From an uncultured Thermoleophilia bacterium (GTDB taxonomy: Bacteria > Actinomycetota > Thermoleophilia > Gaiellales > Gaiellaceae), in assembly GCA_963838105.1 (NCBI GenBank), contig CAWIQC010000002.1, forward strand, positions 60,069 to 124,068: a DNA stretch of 64,000 bases, in the 5' to 3' direction. Position 1 is the stretch's first letter; the number at the start of each line of letters is the position of its first letter. The notes beneath the pieces were generated by a model, which had not been told where the DNA came from, did not search any database, and was given only the letters and a program-made list of their open reading frames with translations. Below are positions 1 to 10,091 of this stretch, in pieces. Position numbers and translations under genes: made by a program.

Positions 1-156
1 CTCGTAGTTCTTCTTGACGTTGCCGAACCGAAACTCCCTCATCGTGATGGTCGCCGCGGTCGGCCCATCACCGGTCCCTCGCGCGAGCGCGTAGCCGGAG
101 AAAGCGCCGGCGACGCACACAGCCGCGGCTATGAGCGCGATCGCTCTCCTCCTCAT
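1..156 (-). CDS. N-terminal fragment of a secreted protein (signal peptide); gene runs off the window
   Basis: Reverse strand reads GGAGGTGAGA-ATG, then MRRRAIALIAAAVCVAGAFSGYALARG... (charged N-terminus plus hydrophobic core). Too short for the ORF track. Confidence 0.4.
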   Translation of the reverse strand, partial: MRRRAIALIAAAVCVAGAFSGYALARGTGDGPTAATITMREFRFGNVKKNYE

Positions 157-235
157 TCTCACCTCCCGGTCGGCCCCGCCGGCCCCCAGCCCTACCCGGG
201 CTTACGGTCGGTCAGCCGGAACGGATTCGGCGCGA

Positions 236-946
236 TCAGGGCGGCAGCTCGGCGACTCCGTCGGCGACGGACACCAGGCCGTCCCGGGCGAGTGCGGCGA
301 CCGCATCGGCGTCCAGCTCGTCGAGCCGGCGTGGGCCGGCCGCGACCGCGCGCAGCGCCCTGGCGCGGCGCTGCCTGAACGAGCCCTCGAAGGGCCCCTG
401 CTTGCGTTCGGGCGCGAAGGTCTTGCCGCGCGAGGGGCAGAGCGCTGCCAACGGGCATGCCGCGCACCTGGGGATACGGGCCAGGCAGACGTTGGCGCCG
501 AGGTCCATGAGCGCCGCCGCGGCCTCGGCGCTGAAGCGGACGCCGGTGCGCTCGAGCACGCGGCGCACGTTGACGTCGACGGGCAGCACGGCCCGTCCGT
601 GCGCGAAGCGGGCGACAGCTGCGGCCGTGTATGTCCCCACCCCCGGCAGGCTCGTGAGGTCGTCGGGCCAGCCCTGCCTGGCGATCTCGCGAGCCGCGCG
701 GTGCAGGTTGAGCCCGCGGCGGTTGTAGCCGAGCCCCTGCCACTCGCGGATGACGCTCGCGGGAGAGGCGGCGGCGAGAGACTCGACTGTCGGCCAGCGG
801 GCGAGGAACGCGACGTAGCGCGGGACGACCCGCGGCACCTGCGTCTGCTGCAGCATCACCTCGGACACCAGGATCGCGTAGGGGTCGCGTGTGTGGCGCC
901 AGGGCAACTCGTGGCGCCCGTGCTCGGCGAACCAGCGGAGAAGCAT
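236..946 (-). CDS. HhH-GPD base-excision glycosylase with 4Fe-4S cluster loop (MutY/Nth family, short form)
   Basis: ORF 236..1099. Conserved part starts at MLLRWFAEHGRHELPWR (ATG 946). Has LMLQQTQV-type motif, LPGVGTYTAAAV hairpin-helix and CLARIPRCAACPLAALC cysteine cluster. Confidence 0.8.
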   Translation of the reverse strand: MLLRWFAEHGRHELPWRHTRDPYAILVSEVMLQQTQVPRVVPRYVAFLARWPTVESLAAASPASVIREWQGLGYNRRGLNLHRAAREIARQGWPDDLTSLPGVGTYTAAAVARFAHGRAVLPVDVNVRRVLERTGVRFSAEAAAALMDLGANVCLARIPRCAACPLAALCPSRGKTFAPERKQGPFEGSFRQRRARALRAVAAGPRRLDELDADAVAALARDGLVSVADGVAELPP

Positions 947-1039
947 GGTCTCGGCACGGTGGGGCACTGCTCGGCGGACGCTACCCGTGCGAGCCGACAG
1001 GGTCGGCCTCGAGCGGTGTGATCGCGGCGCAGAACTTGG

Positions 1040-1112
1040 CACACCTCCGTCACGAAGCTGGCGCGTTCGGTCACACACGTGTAGGGGGTCTGACCCCATG
1101 GGTCAGACCCCT
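1040..1112. repeat. REP-A palindromic repeat, single copy
   Basis: cacacacgtgtag + ggggtctgaccc-cat-gggtcagacccc (1085..1111). Same core as at 19806..19832 and 19903..19929. Lies between divergent gene starts. Confidence 0.8.
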
Positions 1113-1143
1113 CCGTTTCGAGGGCTCGTATGCTCGGGACCCG

Positions 1144-2094
1144 ATGACGAGGCTGGTCGCAGCGACGCGGACGGGAATCGCGGTAGCCGAGGAGGCCCTT
1201 GACTGGCGGACCGACCGAGTGCTCGCGGGAGAGGACGTGCGGTCGCTCGCCGCCGCAGGTGGGGGCTGCATGTACGCGGGCACGCAGGGCCGGGGGGTGT
1301 TCCGCTCGGGCGACGGCGGCGCGACGTGGTCGCCGTCCGGGCTGGAAGGAGCGATCGTGAAGGCGCTCGCGGTCGGCCCCGATGGCGCGGTCTACGCCGG
1401 GACGAAGCCCCCCGGCCTTCACGTCTCCTACGACGCCGGGGAGACGTGGAGCGAGCTCGAGGCGTTCCGCGCCCTGCGCCGGTGGTACTGGCGCCAGCCG
1501 GCAGAGAAGCCGCACACACCCTACGTGCAGGCGCTCGCCGTGTCGCCCGCACAAGCGGGCACGATCCTGGCTGGAATCGAGGCCTTCCGGATTCTGCGCA
1601 CCGAGGACGGCGGTCGCACATGGGCGCGTCTGCGCCGGGGAGTCTGCCTCGATTGCCACGACCTGGCCTTCCACCCGCGCCGCGGCGAGCACGTCTACGA
1701 GGGTGCCGGGCTCGGGGCGTCGTGGAGTCGCGACGGCGGTAGCACGTGGTCGCGGGCCACTGCGGGCCTCGACCGTCGCTACATCCTCTCGATCGCGGCC
1801 GACCCGAGCGATCCGGAGCTCTGGTACGCCGGCGCCGCGCCGATGCGCGCGGCACACACGGCGAACTCGCGTGCCTGCCTTTTCCGGTGGACCGGCACCA
1901 GGTGGGAGAAGCTGGCGGGCGGCCTTCCTGACGAGCTCGAGCACCTACCCACCGCGCTTGTCAGTCCGCAGCCCGGTGTTGTGTACGCGGGGCTGCGCGA
2001 CGGCACGGTTTGGCGCTCCGCCGATCGGGGGGACTTCTGGGAACGGCTCGCCGTTGCGTTCGACGGCCTTCGCCGGCTTGCCGTGCTCACGTAG
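1144..2094 (+). CDS. BNR/Asp-box repeat beta-propeller protein (sialidase/Ycf48-like fold)
   Basis: ATG 1144 (MTRLVAATR). Repeated S-x-D-x-G-x-T-W motifs: SGDGGATWS, SYDAGETWS, TEDGGRTWA, SRDGGSTWS. Confidence 0.7.
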   Translation: MTRLVAATRTGIAVAEEALDWRTDRVLAGEDVRSLAAAGGGCMYAGTQGRGVFRSGDGGATWSPSGLEGAIVKALAVGPDGAVYAGTKPPGLHVSYDAGETWSELEAFRALRRWYWRQPAEKPHTPYVQALAVSPAQAGTILAGIEAFRILRTEDGGRTWARLRRGVCLDCHDLAFHPRRGEHVYEGAGLGASWSRDGGSTWSRATAGLDRRYILSIAADPSDPELWYAGAAPMRAAHTANSRACLFRWTGTRWEKLAGGLPDELEHLPTALVSPQPGVVYAGLRDGTVWRSADRGDFWERLAVAFDGLRRLAVLT

Positions 2095-2155
2095 CGGTCT
2101 CCGGGCTCGCCGCCGCCTGGGGTCAGACTCTGCGCACGCCGCGACCCTGCGAGGC

Positions 2156-3280
2156 TCAGCTGCCGGTCTCGAGGTCGCCGATCCAGGCGGCGAAGAGGGG
2201 GTCGACGATCACATGCTTGCCGTCGACGCGCTCGATCTCGGCCGTCGCGCTCAGCCGGGGCAGCGCCTTTCGCACCATGTCCTTCGTCAGCTGCAGCCGC
2301 CGGAGGACCGATTCTCGGTAAGGCGAGCCCTCGCCGGCGATCACGGCTCGCATCGTCTTCTGCTGCGACGTGTCGAGCCCGCGCCACTCGGCGTCGAACT
2401 CGGCCGTCAGCTCGAGGAGCGCGGCAGCCCGCGCCGTGCTCCAGTCGTCGAGTGTGGCACTGCCGCCCGGGGGGAGCTCCTCCCAGAGGCGGTGCGCGAG
2501 CAGCATGGAGCGTTGCGGGTGACCTGCCGCGAGCTCTACGAGGGGGTTGAGAGCCTCACCGGCGTTCCGCCCCGTCTGCTGAAACCGTTCGGCCACATAT
2601 GTCGCGACGTCCTCCTGCGCGAGCCGACCGAGGCGCATCGGCACGGCAGAGCCGTAGAGAGGGCGATCCCTGCTCTCGAAGAGGTGCTTCATCAGCCCCG
2701 GCTCCGAGCCCGCGAACACGTACGACGCGACCTCGCCGTGATGCTGGATGTGACTTCTCACCAGCCCGTCGAGGTCGGGGATCTTGTCGATGTCCTGGAA
2801 CTCGTCGAAGACGATGAACGCCCGGTAGCCACCGCTTTCCTCCAGCCGCAGCGGGAGCGCGAGCAGCGCATGGAGGGCCGGCAGCGGAGCGAGCTTCGGG
2901 TCGAGCTGCAGCCGCGCGCTGATGCCGAACGCACCGAGCGAAAGGCCGATGCCGGTCTTCTGCAGGAAGTCCTCGATCCTGGCCCGAACCGCGCCTTTCA
3001 GCTGCCGGGCGTAGGCGCGCTCGAGCCGAACGGCGACGTCGGCCAGGGAGACGACGCGGTAGAGATCGACGAGGATGGGAATCAGCCCCTCCCGCTCCTC
3101 GCCCTCCTGCAAGGCCCGTCTCAGCAGGCTGGTCTTGCCGTACTTGCGCGGTGCGTAGAGACGCACGTAGTGACCTCCCAGGACGCTGCGAAGCAGCTGC
3201 TGCGTCTCGCCGTCCCGATCGATGACGTCCTCCGGCGGCACCGGGCGGGAGTACACGAATGGGTTCACGTCGCTGATCAT
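2156..3280 (-). CDS. AAA-type ATPase (archaeal-ATPase/DUF234-like family)
   Basis: Intact 374-aa ORF. Walker A YAPRKYGKTSLL, Walker B IVFDEFQDI. Coherent sequence throughout. Confidence 0.8.
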   Translation of the reverse strand: MISDVNPFVYSRPVPPEDVIDRDGETQQLLRSVLGGHYVRLYAPRKYGKTSLLRRALQEGEEREGLIPILVDLYRVVSLADVAVRLERAYARQLKGAVRARIEDFLQKTGIGLSLGAFGISARLQLDPKLAPLPALHALLALPLRLEESGGYRAFIVFDEFQDIDKIPDLDGLVRSHIQHHGEVASYVFAGSEPGLMKHLFESRDRPLYGSAVPMRLGRLAQEDVATYVAERFQQTGRNAGEALNPLVELAAGHPQRSMLLAHRLWEELPPGGSATLDDWSTARAAALLELTAEFDAEWRGLDTSQQKTMRAVIAGEGSPYRESVLRRLQLTKDMVRKALPRLSATAEIERVDGKHVIVDPLFAAWIGDLETGS

Positions 3281-3373
3281 CGACCGTCCGAGAGACTACC
3301 AGACAGTCGTCTGTTGGACTACTGAATATGAGTCCAGCCAGACGCAACACCGGCAATGCTCTAGATTCCGCGC

Positions 3374-4454
3374 GTGGTCAGAGTGCGCTTCGCGCCCAGC
3401 CCGACCGGGGCTCGCTCCATCTCGGCTCGGCGCTGACCGCGGTCGCGAACAGGCGCTTCGCCGACGAGCGCTGCGGCGTGCTCGCCCTGCGGATCGACGA
3501 CACCGACGTCGCTCGGGTCGATCCCGAGGCCGAGGCCGGCATCCTGCGCGACCTCGAATGGCTGGGCGTGGTCTGGGACGAGGGGCCGCTCCGGCAGAGC
3601 GAGCGACGTCGCTCTCTACCGCGATGCCGCCGCGCGGCTGCTCGAGGAGGGTCATGCGTACGACGATCGCGGTGCGGTCAGGTTCCAGGGCGAGCGCAAT
3701 GCGACGCTGCTGCGGCCGGACGGCAGCGCCACGTACCACCTCGCCTCGGTGGTCGACGACATCGAGCTCGCGATCACGCACGTCATCCGGGGCCGCGACC
3801 ACCTGCCGAACACCGAGCTCCACCGGGCGCTGGCACGCGCGCTCGGTGCGGAGCCGCCCGAGTACGTCCACCACGGGCTCCTGGTCGGAGCGGACGGCCA
3901 GAAGCTCTCGAAGCGCCACGGCGCCGCCTCCGTGGCAGACCTCCGCGAGCGAGGGGATCCCGGCGGAGGCCGTGCGCGCCTACCTCGAGGAGCTCGACCT
4001 TCCGCGCCACGACGTCCAGCTCGATCTCGCCCGGGTCAGGCGGCTGTCGGTCGACGCGATCGCGGCCCTGCCCGACGAGGAGCTCTGCGCCCGAGTCGGC
4101 GCTCCGCTCCGGTTCGCCGCCGCCCTGCGCGGGAGCCCGGACGCTCGCCGAGGCGCGGGACATCGCCGCATCAGACTCGCGCAGCGGCCGGCGCCGGCCG
4201 AGCTCGACGAGCGCGGGAGGCTTACGCGCCGAGCGATTCCGCGAGCTGCGCGAGCGGGTGCCGGGCGAGCTGGACGCAGGAAGCCGCCGCGCGACGCTGC
4301 TGCGCGAGCTGAAAGCGGTCGGGGGGGACCTCCGCAGCCTGCGCCTCGTCCTCACCGGTGTGAGCAGCGGTCCCGAGCTCTGGGCGGTGCTCGTCGCCCT
4401 GACGCGAGAGGAGGCGCTGCGCCCGCGTCGAGCGCCGCGCTCAGCGCCAATTAG
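3374..4454 (+). CDS. gltX: Glutamate--tRNA ligase family protein (compact), with at least 4 frame breaks
   Basis: Pieces in different frames: VRFAPSPTG / SLHLGSALTAVANRRFA..LRIDDTD..WDEGPLRQSER / YHLASVVDDIELAITHVIRGRDH..KLSKRHG / IPAEAVRAYLEEL / LRLVLTGVSSGPELW. 3' end uncertain. Confidence 0.7.
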
Positions 4455-4465
4455 CATCCTCGACA

Positions 4466-5753
4466 GTGCGCCTCTACAACTCGCTTTCGCCGCCGCAAGG
4501 AGGAGCTGCCGCCTCCGCCCGGCCCGATCGGCATGTACTTCTGCGGCCCGACGGTCTACCAGCGGATCCACGTCGGCAACGCGCGGCCGTTCGTCATCTC
4601 GATGTGGCTGCGGAACTGGCTGAGCGTGCGCGGCTACGACGTCGACGCTCGTCGAGAACATCACCGACATCAACGACAAGATCTACGACGCGGCTCCAGG
4701 CGCGAGCGCGCGAGCTCGCCGAGCAGGCCTCCCGGTGGTACGTGGAGGACACCGACCGGCTCGGGCTCGGCCGGCCGGACTACGAGCCGAAGGCGTCGGA
4801 GACGGTCGCCGAGATCGTGGCGCTGATCGAGGAGCTGGTCGTCCGCGGGCTCGCCTACGAGGCCGGCGGCGACGTCTACTTCCGCGTGGCGCGCTTCGCG
4901 GACTACGGCCGGCTGTCGGGCCAGCGTCCCGACGAGGTCCAGGAGCAGGAGCCGAACCCGCTCAAGGAGGACCCGCGCGACTTCGCCCTCTGGAAGGCGA
5001 CGAAGCCGGGCGAGGACACGCGCTGGGAGTCGCCGTGGGGCCCAGGCCGGCCCGGCTGGCACATCGAGTGCTCGGCCATGGCCGAGAAGTTCCTCGGCCC
5101 GTCGTTCGAGATCCACGGCGGCGGGCTCGACCTCGTCTTCCCCCACCACGAGAACGAGCTCGCCCAGTCGCGCGGCGCCGGGCGGGAGTTCGCGCGCATC
5201 TGGATGCACAACGGGATGCTGCGCCTCACCGGCGAGAAGATGTCGAAGTCGCTCGGCAACATCGCCACGCTGCAGGAGGTGCTGGACGAGTGGGGCCGGG
5301 AGACCCTGCTGCTGTTCTTCATGACCGCGCACTGGCGCAAGCCGATCGACTTCTCCGAGGAGACGATGGCCGCCGCCCGGGCGCAGGTCGACGGCTTTCG
5401 CAACGTGCTCGTCGAGCCCGGCGACGAGCCCGTGGACGAGGAGCAGTGGGCCCGTCTGGTGGCCGCCCTCGACGACGACTTCAACACGCCGGAGGCGTTG
5501 GCGGTGCTGCACGAGTGGCGGAGCAGGGGAGAGGCCGGCGCGTTGCTGCGCGGCCTGTCGCTCTTCGGCCTCGAGTCTCTGGCGCAGACGGGCGGAGGCG
5601 CCCGAGGAGGTTCGGCTGCTGCAGCGACGTCGCGACGAGGCGCGAGACCGGCGCGACTTCGCCGAGGCCGACCGGCTGCGCGACGAGATTCTCGCCCACG
5701 GCTGGGAGCCGCGCGACTCGGCCGACGGCACAGCGCTCGTGCCCCGCGAATGA
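4466..5753 (+). CDS. cysS: Cysteine--tRNA ligase, with about 4 frame breaks
   Basis: MRLYNSLS, then MYFCGPTVYQRIHVGNARPF, LVENITDINDKIYDAA, GWHIECSAM, KMSKSLGN and C-terminal EAPEEVRLLQRRRDEA...GTALVPRE, spread over three frames. Stop TGA 5751..5753 overlaps the next ATG. Confidence 0.85.
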
Positions 5754-6475
5754 CGGCGCCTCGAGAGCTCGTCTACGGCCGCCACCCGGTGCGCGAGGTG
5801 CTCCGCGCGGGCCGCCGCGAGATTCTCGAGCTCCTCTGCAGCGAGCGAGCTCTTGCCGCGGAACCGTGGCTCCGAGAGACCCCCGGCCTGCGGGTGAAGG
5901 TCGTCGCCGAGGCCGCGCTCCGCGCGGCCTCGGCAAGCTCGGACCACCAGGGCGTCGTCGCCTACTGCGAGCCCTACCGCTACGCCGACGCGTGGGAGCT
6001 GGCGGCCGGCGAGCGGCCGCTGATCGTCTGCCTCGACGGGGTCACCGACCCGCACAATCTCGGGGCCGTCTGCCGGAGCGCCGAGGGCGCGGGCGCGTCC
6101 GGCGTCGTCCTCCCCGAGCACGGCGCGGCGCGGGTCACGCCCGCCGTGTGCCGCGCCTCCGCCGGCGCCGTCGAGCACCTGCCGGTCGCGGTCGTCGTCA
6201 ACCTCGCCCGCTACCTCGGCGAGGTCAAGCGCGGCGATCTGTGGGCGTGGGCGGCGACCGAGCAGGCCGAGCAGCCGGTCTGGGAGGCCGACCTCGCCGG
6301 CGGCACCGCGCTCGTCTTCGGCGCGGAGGGAAAGGGCGTGCGGCCCGGCGTGCGGCGCGCCTGCGACGGCGCCTTCGCGATCCCGCTCGCGGGTCACGTC
6401 GAGTCGCTGAACGTCAGCGTGGCCGCCGGCATCGTGCTCTTCGAGGCCGCTCGCCAGCGCGGCCGGCCTACGTGA
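5750..6475 (+). CDS. rlmB: TrmH/SpoU-family 23S rRNA 2'-O-methyltransferase (RlmB-like)
   Basis: MTAPRELVYGRHPVREVL...LDGVTDPHNLGAVCRSAEGAGASGVV...GAEGKGVRP...IPLAGHVESLNVSVAAGIVLFE. ATGA overlap with cysS. Confidence 0.85.
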   Translation: MTAPRELVYGRHPVREVLRAGRREILELLCSERALAAEPWLRETPGLRVKVVAEAALRAASASSDHQGVVAYCEPYRYADAWELAAGERPLIVCLDGVTDPHNLGAVCRSAEGAGASGVVLPEHGAARVTPAVCRASAGAVEHLPVAVVVNLARYLGEVKRGDLWAWAATEQAEQPVWEADLAGGTALVFGAEGKGVRPGVRRACDGAFAIPLAGHVESLNVSVAAGIVLFEAARQRGRPT

Positions 6476-7121
6476 TGCCCGGTCCGGCCTACCGCGTCGA
6501 GACAGCTCGCCTCGTGCTCCGCTGCTGGAGACCGGACGGACGCCGAGCTGCTCGAGCAGGCCGTGGTCGAGAGCCTCGACCACCTTCGTCCCTGGATGCC
6601 CTGGGCGGCCGACGAGCCCATCGATCTCGCCGCCAGAGTCGAGCTGCTTCGCACGTTCCGGGGCAGGTTCGATCTCGGCGAGGAGTTCGTCTACGCCGTC
6701 TTCGATCGCGGCGAGAGCCGCGTCCTCGGCGGCACGGGGCTCCACCTGAGGAGCGGCCCGACGTCGCGGGAGATCGGCTACTGGATCCACGCCGACCATG
6801 TCGGACGGGGTCTTGCGACCGAGGCAGCCGGAGCGCTGACCCGCGTCGCGATCGAGATCGACGGCGTGTCTCGGGTCGAGATCCGTTGCGACCCGGCGAA
6901 CGCCGCGAGCGCGCGGGTGCCCGCGAAGCTCGGGTTCAGGCACGAGGCGACGCTGCGCCGGGTGCTCACAGGAGTCGGACGGCTCTCCGCGTGACGCGAT
7001 GGTCTGGGCGCTGCTCGCCGACGAGTATCCGGCGAGCCCGGCCGCGGCCGTCGAGCTGGCGGCCTTCGACGCGGCCGGGCCAGGCTCCTGTGACCGCACC
7101 CCCTCCGGGCTGACTCGCTAG
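6475..7121 (+). CDS. GNAT N-acetyltransferase (RimJ/RimL-like), 2 frame breaks
   Basis: MPGPAYRVETARLVLRCWRPD / DAELLEQAVVESLDHLRPWMPW...GYWIHADHVGRGLATEAA...ANAASARVPAKLGF / DGSPRDAMVWALLADEY. Confidence 0.7.
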
Positions 7122-7192
7122 CATCGGAGGCGTGCCGCACCGGTAGCGGCCTCCAGAGCAACGCGCGAGATCGCGTACCAGGAGGTCGGCCC

Positions 7193-8104
7193 ATGTCGGT
7201 CGAGGTACGTCCCTTCAGACGCGACGATCGGGAGCAGGTCACCGCTCTCGTCAACGCGCACGTCCAGGCGGTCGTGCCGGGCGTGTCCGTCTCGGTCAAC
7301 GCCGTGCTGAGCCAGCTCGAGCGCGATCCGGGCGAGTTCATCGTCGATCCCTGGGTCAGCGAGCGCGCGACGCTCGTGGCCGAGCAGCGCGGCCGTGTCG
7401 TGGCGGCCGCGCACCTGCTGCGTTACGCGAGCTCCGACGACGTCGGCGAGTCCTACCGCGACGCCGGCGAGATCCGCTGGTTCGCCTACTGGCCGGAGGC
7501 CCGTTCTGGCCGGATTCCGAGGCGGCCGCCAGCGCGCTCATCGGCGCGTGCGTCAGAACCTTCGAGCAGTGGGGTGTCGCGCGCCAGTACGCGGACGGGA
7601 CGCTTCCCGCGCCCGGGTGTCTTCGGCGTGCCCGAGCAGTGGCCACACGTCCGGGCCATGTACGAGCGCGGCGGGTTCGCCCACGAGGGACATGTCGAGA
7701 TCGTGTACCTCGCCGTGGTCGAGGAGCTGCCGCGACCCTGAGCCAGCCGATGCGCGGGGCTGGCCTGCGGCGCTCGCTCGGTATCAACGGCACGCGCCTC
7801 ACCGCCGTGCGCGGCGACGAGATGGTGGGCTACATCGAGGTCGAGACGCTCGAGGATGCGGGCAGGCTCCCGCGCCACGGCGGCTGGGCCGACATCGGCA
7901 ACCTCGAGGTCGTGGAGCACAGTCCCACGTCGCGGCTTGCGACCTGGCTGATCGGGCAGGCCGCCGACTGGCTGAGGCTGGCGCGCGTCGAGCGCCTGCT
8001 CGCCTACGCCTGGCCCGAGCGAGGAGGACTACATCGCCTTGCTCGAGTCCGTCGGCTTTCGGGAGCTCACGCGCACGCAGCGGGGCTGGGTCAGGCGGGC
8101 CTAG
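7193..8104 (+). CDS. Two-domain GNAT acetyltransferase, several frame breaks
   Basis: RBS GGAGG, then ATG 7193 MSVEVRPFRRDDREQVTALV. Second half GYIEVETLED...GNLEVVEH...LIGQAADWL...EEDYIALLESVGFRELTRTQRGWVRRA sits in other frames. Confidence 0.6.
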
Positions 8105-9014
8105 ATCGCGTCGCCGGCTGCCGCTCGCGGTGCACCGCGACGCCGAGCACGACGAGCGCGACGCCCGCGATCTCGACCCAGGTCGGCAGCTGAAGCAGCA
8201 CCGCGATCCCGATGACGGTCGCGGTCGCCGGCAGCAGGGCCACGAACAGCGCGTACGTGGCCCGTGCCATGCGCGCCATCGCCAGCTGGTCGCAGACGTA
8301 CGGGATGACCGATGAGGTGACGGCGACCCCGACCGCGGCGCCCAGGGTTACAGGGTCGATCAGCGACGGCGCGGCGCTCCAGCCGCCGATCGGCGTCACC
8401 ACGACCGCAGCCACCAGCATGGCTCCGGCCAGGCCGTCGATGCCGCCGGTCGGGCCCCGCTGCGCGACTCGGTGGGCGAGGACGATGTAGACGGCGAAGA
8501 GCGCCGCGTTCAGGAAGGCGAGGACGATGCCGGCCACGTTGCCCTCGATGCGCACGTCGACGAGCAGGTAGACGCCCGCCGCGGCGGCGATCAGGGCGAC
8601 GGCATTGCGGGCCGTGCGCGCACCGGCCGCCGCGAGCGCAATGACAGGCAGGAACTCGATCGCCGCCACCGTGGCGAGCGGCAGCCGGTCGATCGCCGCG
8701 TAGAAGCACGCGTTCATGACGGCCAGCACGGCGCCCAGTGCAACCAACAAGCGGCGACCGCCGCCGTCGAGCGTGGCGAAGCAACGCCACGGCCGGCGCC
8801 ACAGCGCGTAGATCGCTGCGGCGCACACGATGCGAAGCCATGCCGCGCCCAGCGGCTCGACGCGGGCGAAGAGGAGGACGGCGAAGGCCGGGCCGAGGTA
8901 ATGGAAAACGGCGCTGCCGACGAAGAAGGCCGCGGGCGGGGTCGAAGCCGCGAGGTGACCGGCACGGCCGGCGAGCCCTGTCGTCGCTGAGCCGGCGGCC
9001 GGGGAGAACGCCAC
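8091..9014 (-). CDS. EamA/DMT-family transporter
   Basis: Intact 307-aa ORF with about 10 hydrophobic segments and two EamA-like halves. Divergent from an Lrp-type regulator. Confidence 0.85.
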   Translation of the reverse strand: MAFSPAAGSATTGLAGRAGHLAASTPPAAFFVGSAVFHYLGPAFAVLLFARVEPLGAAWLRIVCAAAIYALWRRPWRCFATLDGGGRRLLVALGAVLAVMNACFYAAIDRLPLATVAAIEFLPVIALAAAGARTARNAVALIAAAAGVYLLVDVRIEGNVAGIVLAFLNAALFAVYIVLAHRVAQRGPTGGIDGLAGAMLVAAVVVTPIGGWSAAPSLIDPVTLGAAVGVAVTSSVIPYVCDQLAMARMARATYALFVALLPATATVIGIAVLLQLPTWVEIAGVALVVLGVAVHRERQPATRSRPA

Positions 9015-9076
9015 GACCTCATTGTCCGAGTCGGGGTACGATTCCGACAGAGCCGATCCAAGGTATTCGCAGCCAA

Positions 9077-9574
9077 GTGCCTACGTACCAGAGGAAGACC
9101 CGCCCGATCGCCTACGAACGCGATCTGCTCGACGCCGTCAACCGGCGGATCCTCGGTGAGCTCCAGGCCGACGCCCGGCTCAGCATGGCGGAGCTGGGCC
9201 GGCGCGTGAGCCTCTCGGCGCCGGCGGTGGCCGAGCGGGTCCAGCGCCTCGAGCAGGCCGGTGTGATCACCGGTTACCGCGCCGAGGTCGATCCGAAGGC
9301 GATCGGCTTCCCGATCGCCGTGGTCGTCCGCGTGGCCCCCGCCAGCCGGCAGCTGCAACGAATCCCAGAGATCGCCCGCGAGACGCCCGAGGTGGTCGAG
9401 TGCTACCGGATCACGGGCGAGGACTGCTTCTTCCTCAAGCTGCACCTCCGCTCGATGGACGACCTCGAGGCCATCCTCGATCGCTTCGTGCTCTACGGCC
9501 GCACGACCACGTCGATCGTCCACTCCGCTCCCGTGGCCCGGCGCACGCTGCCGCTCGACGCGGTAGGCCGGCGC
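9077..9574 (+). CDS. Lrp/AsnC-family transcriptional regulator (stop missing in frame; boundary uncertain)
   Basis: LDAVNRRILGELQADARLSMAELGRRVSLSAPAVAERVQRLEQAGVITGY plus a RAM-type C-terminal domain. Reads through into the next gene in this assembly. Confidence 0.75.
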
Positions 9575-10015
9575 ATGCCCGAGCCGACGCTCTACGTGTT
9601 CGACGGCTACAACCTGCTGCACGCCGGGACGACCGACTCCCGCGACGAGCTCGTCGACAGGCTGGCCGGCTTCGTCGCGCTTCGCGGCGCGCGCGGCGTC
9701 GTCGTGTTCGACGGCGAGGGCGAGGAACGGCGCGTCGGACCGCTCGAGGTGCGCTTCGCCACGCATGCGGACGCGCTGGTCGAGCGCCTCGCCGCCGAGC
9801 GCCGCGGCAGCGAGCGGGTCGCCGTCGTCTCGTCCGACGCCGCGATTCGCGAGACGGCGGGCCCATGGGTCGAGCGGCGCTCCTCGCGGAGCTTCATGCG
9901 CGAGCTCGAGGGCGAGCGGCCGCCCCCTCCCAGCCCCGCCGGCCGCTTCCAGGTCGAGGGCGCGCTCGATCCGGAGACGCGGGACAGGCTCGAACGACTG
10001 CGGCGGGGCCGGTAG
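9575..10015 (+). CDS. YacP-like NYN-domain protein
   Basis: MPEPTLYVFDGYNLLH...VVVFDGEGE...VRFATHADALVERL...VVSSDAAIRE, the typical YacP/Rae1-family pattern. Confidence 0.7.
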   Translation: MPEPTLYVFDGYNLLHAGTTDSRDELVDRLAGFVALRGARGVVVFDGEGEERRVGPLEVRFATHADALVERLAAERRGSERVAVVSSDAAIRETAGPWVERRSSRSFMRELEGERPPPPSPAGRFQVEGALDPETRDRLERLRRGR

Positions 10016-10091
10016 TGGTCGGCGGGAGCGGGGAGGGCGGCCGGTTGACGCCGGCCCCGCCTTCGCCCACCATGGCCTCCTAGGTGTAACG

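Noticed and set aside
1382-3325. 647-aa plus-strand ORF spanning the BNR gene and the antisense of the ATPase gene
   Set aside because: No recognisable motifs, and out of frame with the BNR protein. The opposite strand at 2156..3280 encodes a coherent Walker A/B ATPase.
4670-7099. 809-aa minus-strand ORF, with the 792-aa plus-strand ORF at 4735..7113
   Set aside because: Arg/Pro/Ala/Gly-rich low-complexity translations lying antisense or out of frame to well-supported cysS, rlmB and GNAT genes. These are typical stop-codon-poor artefacts of very GC-rich DNA.
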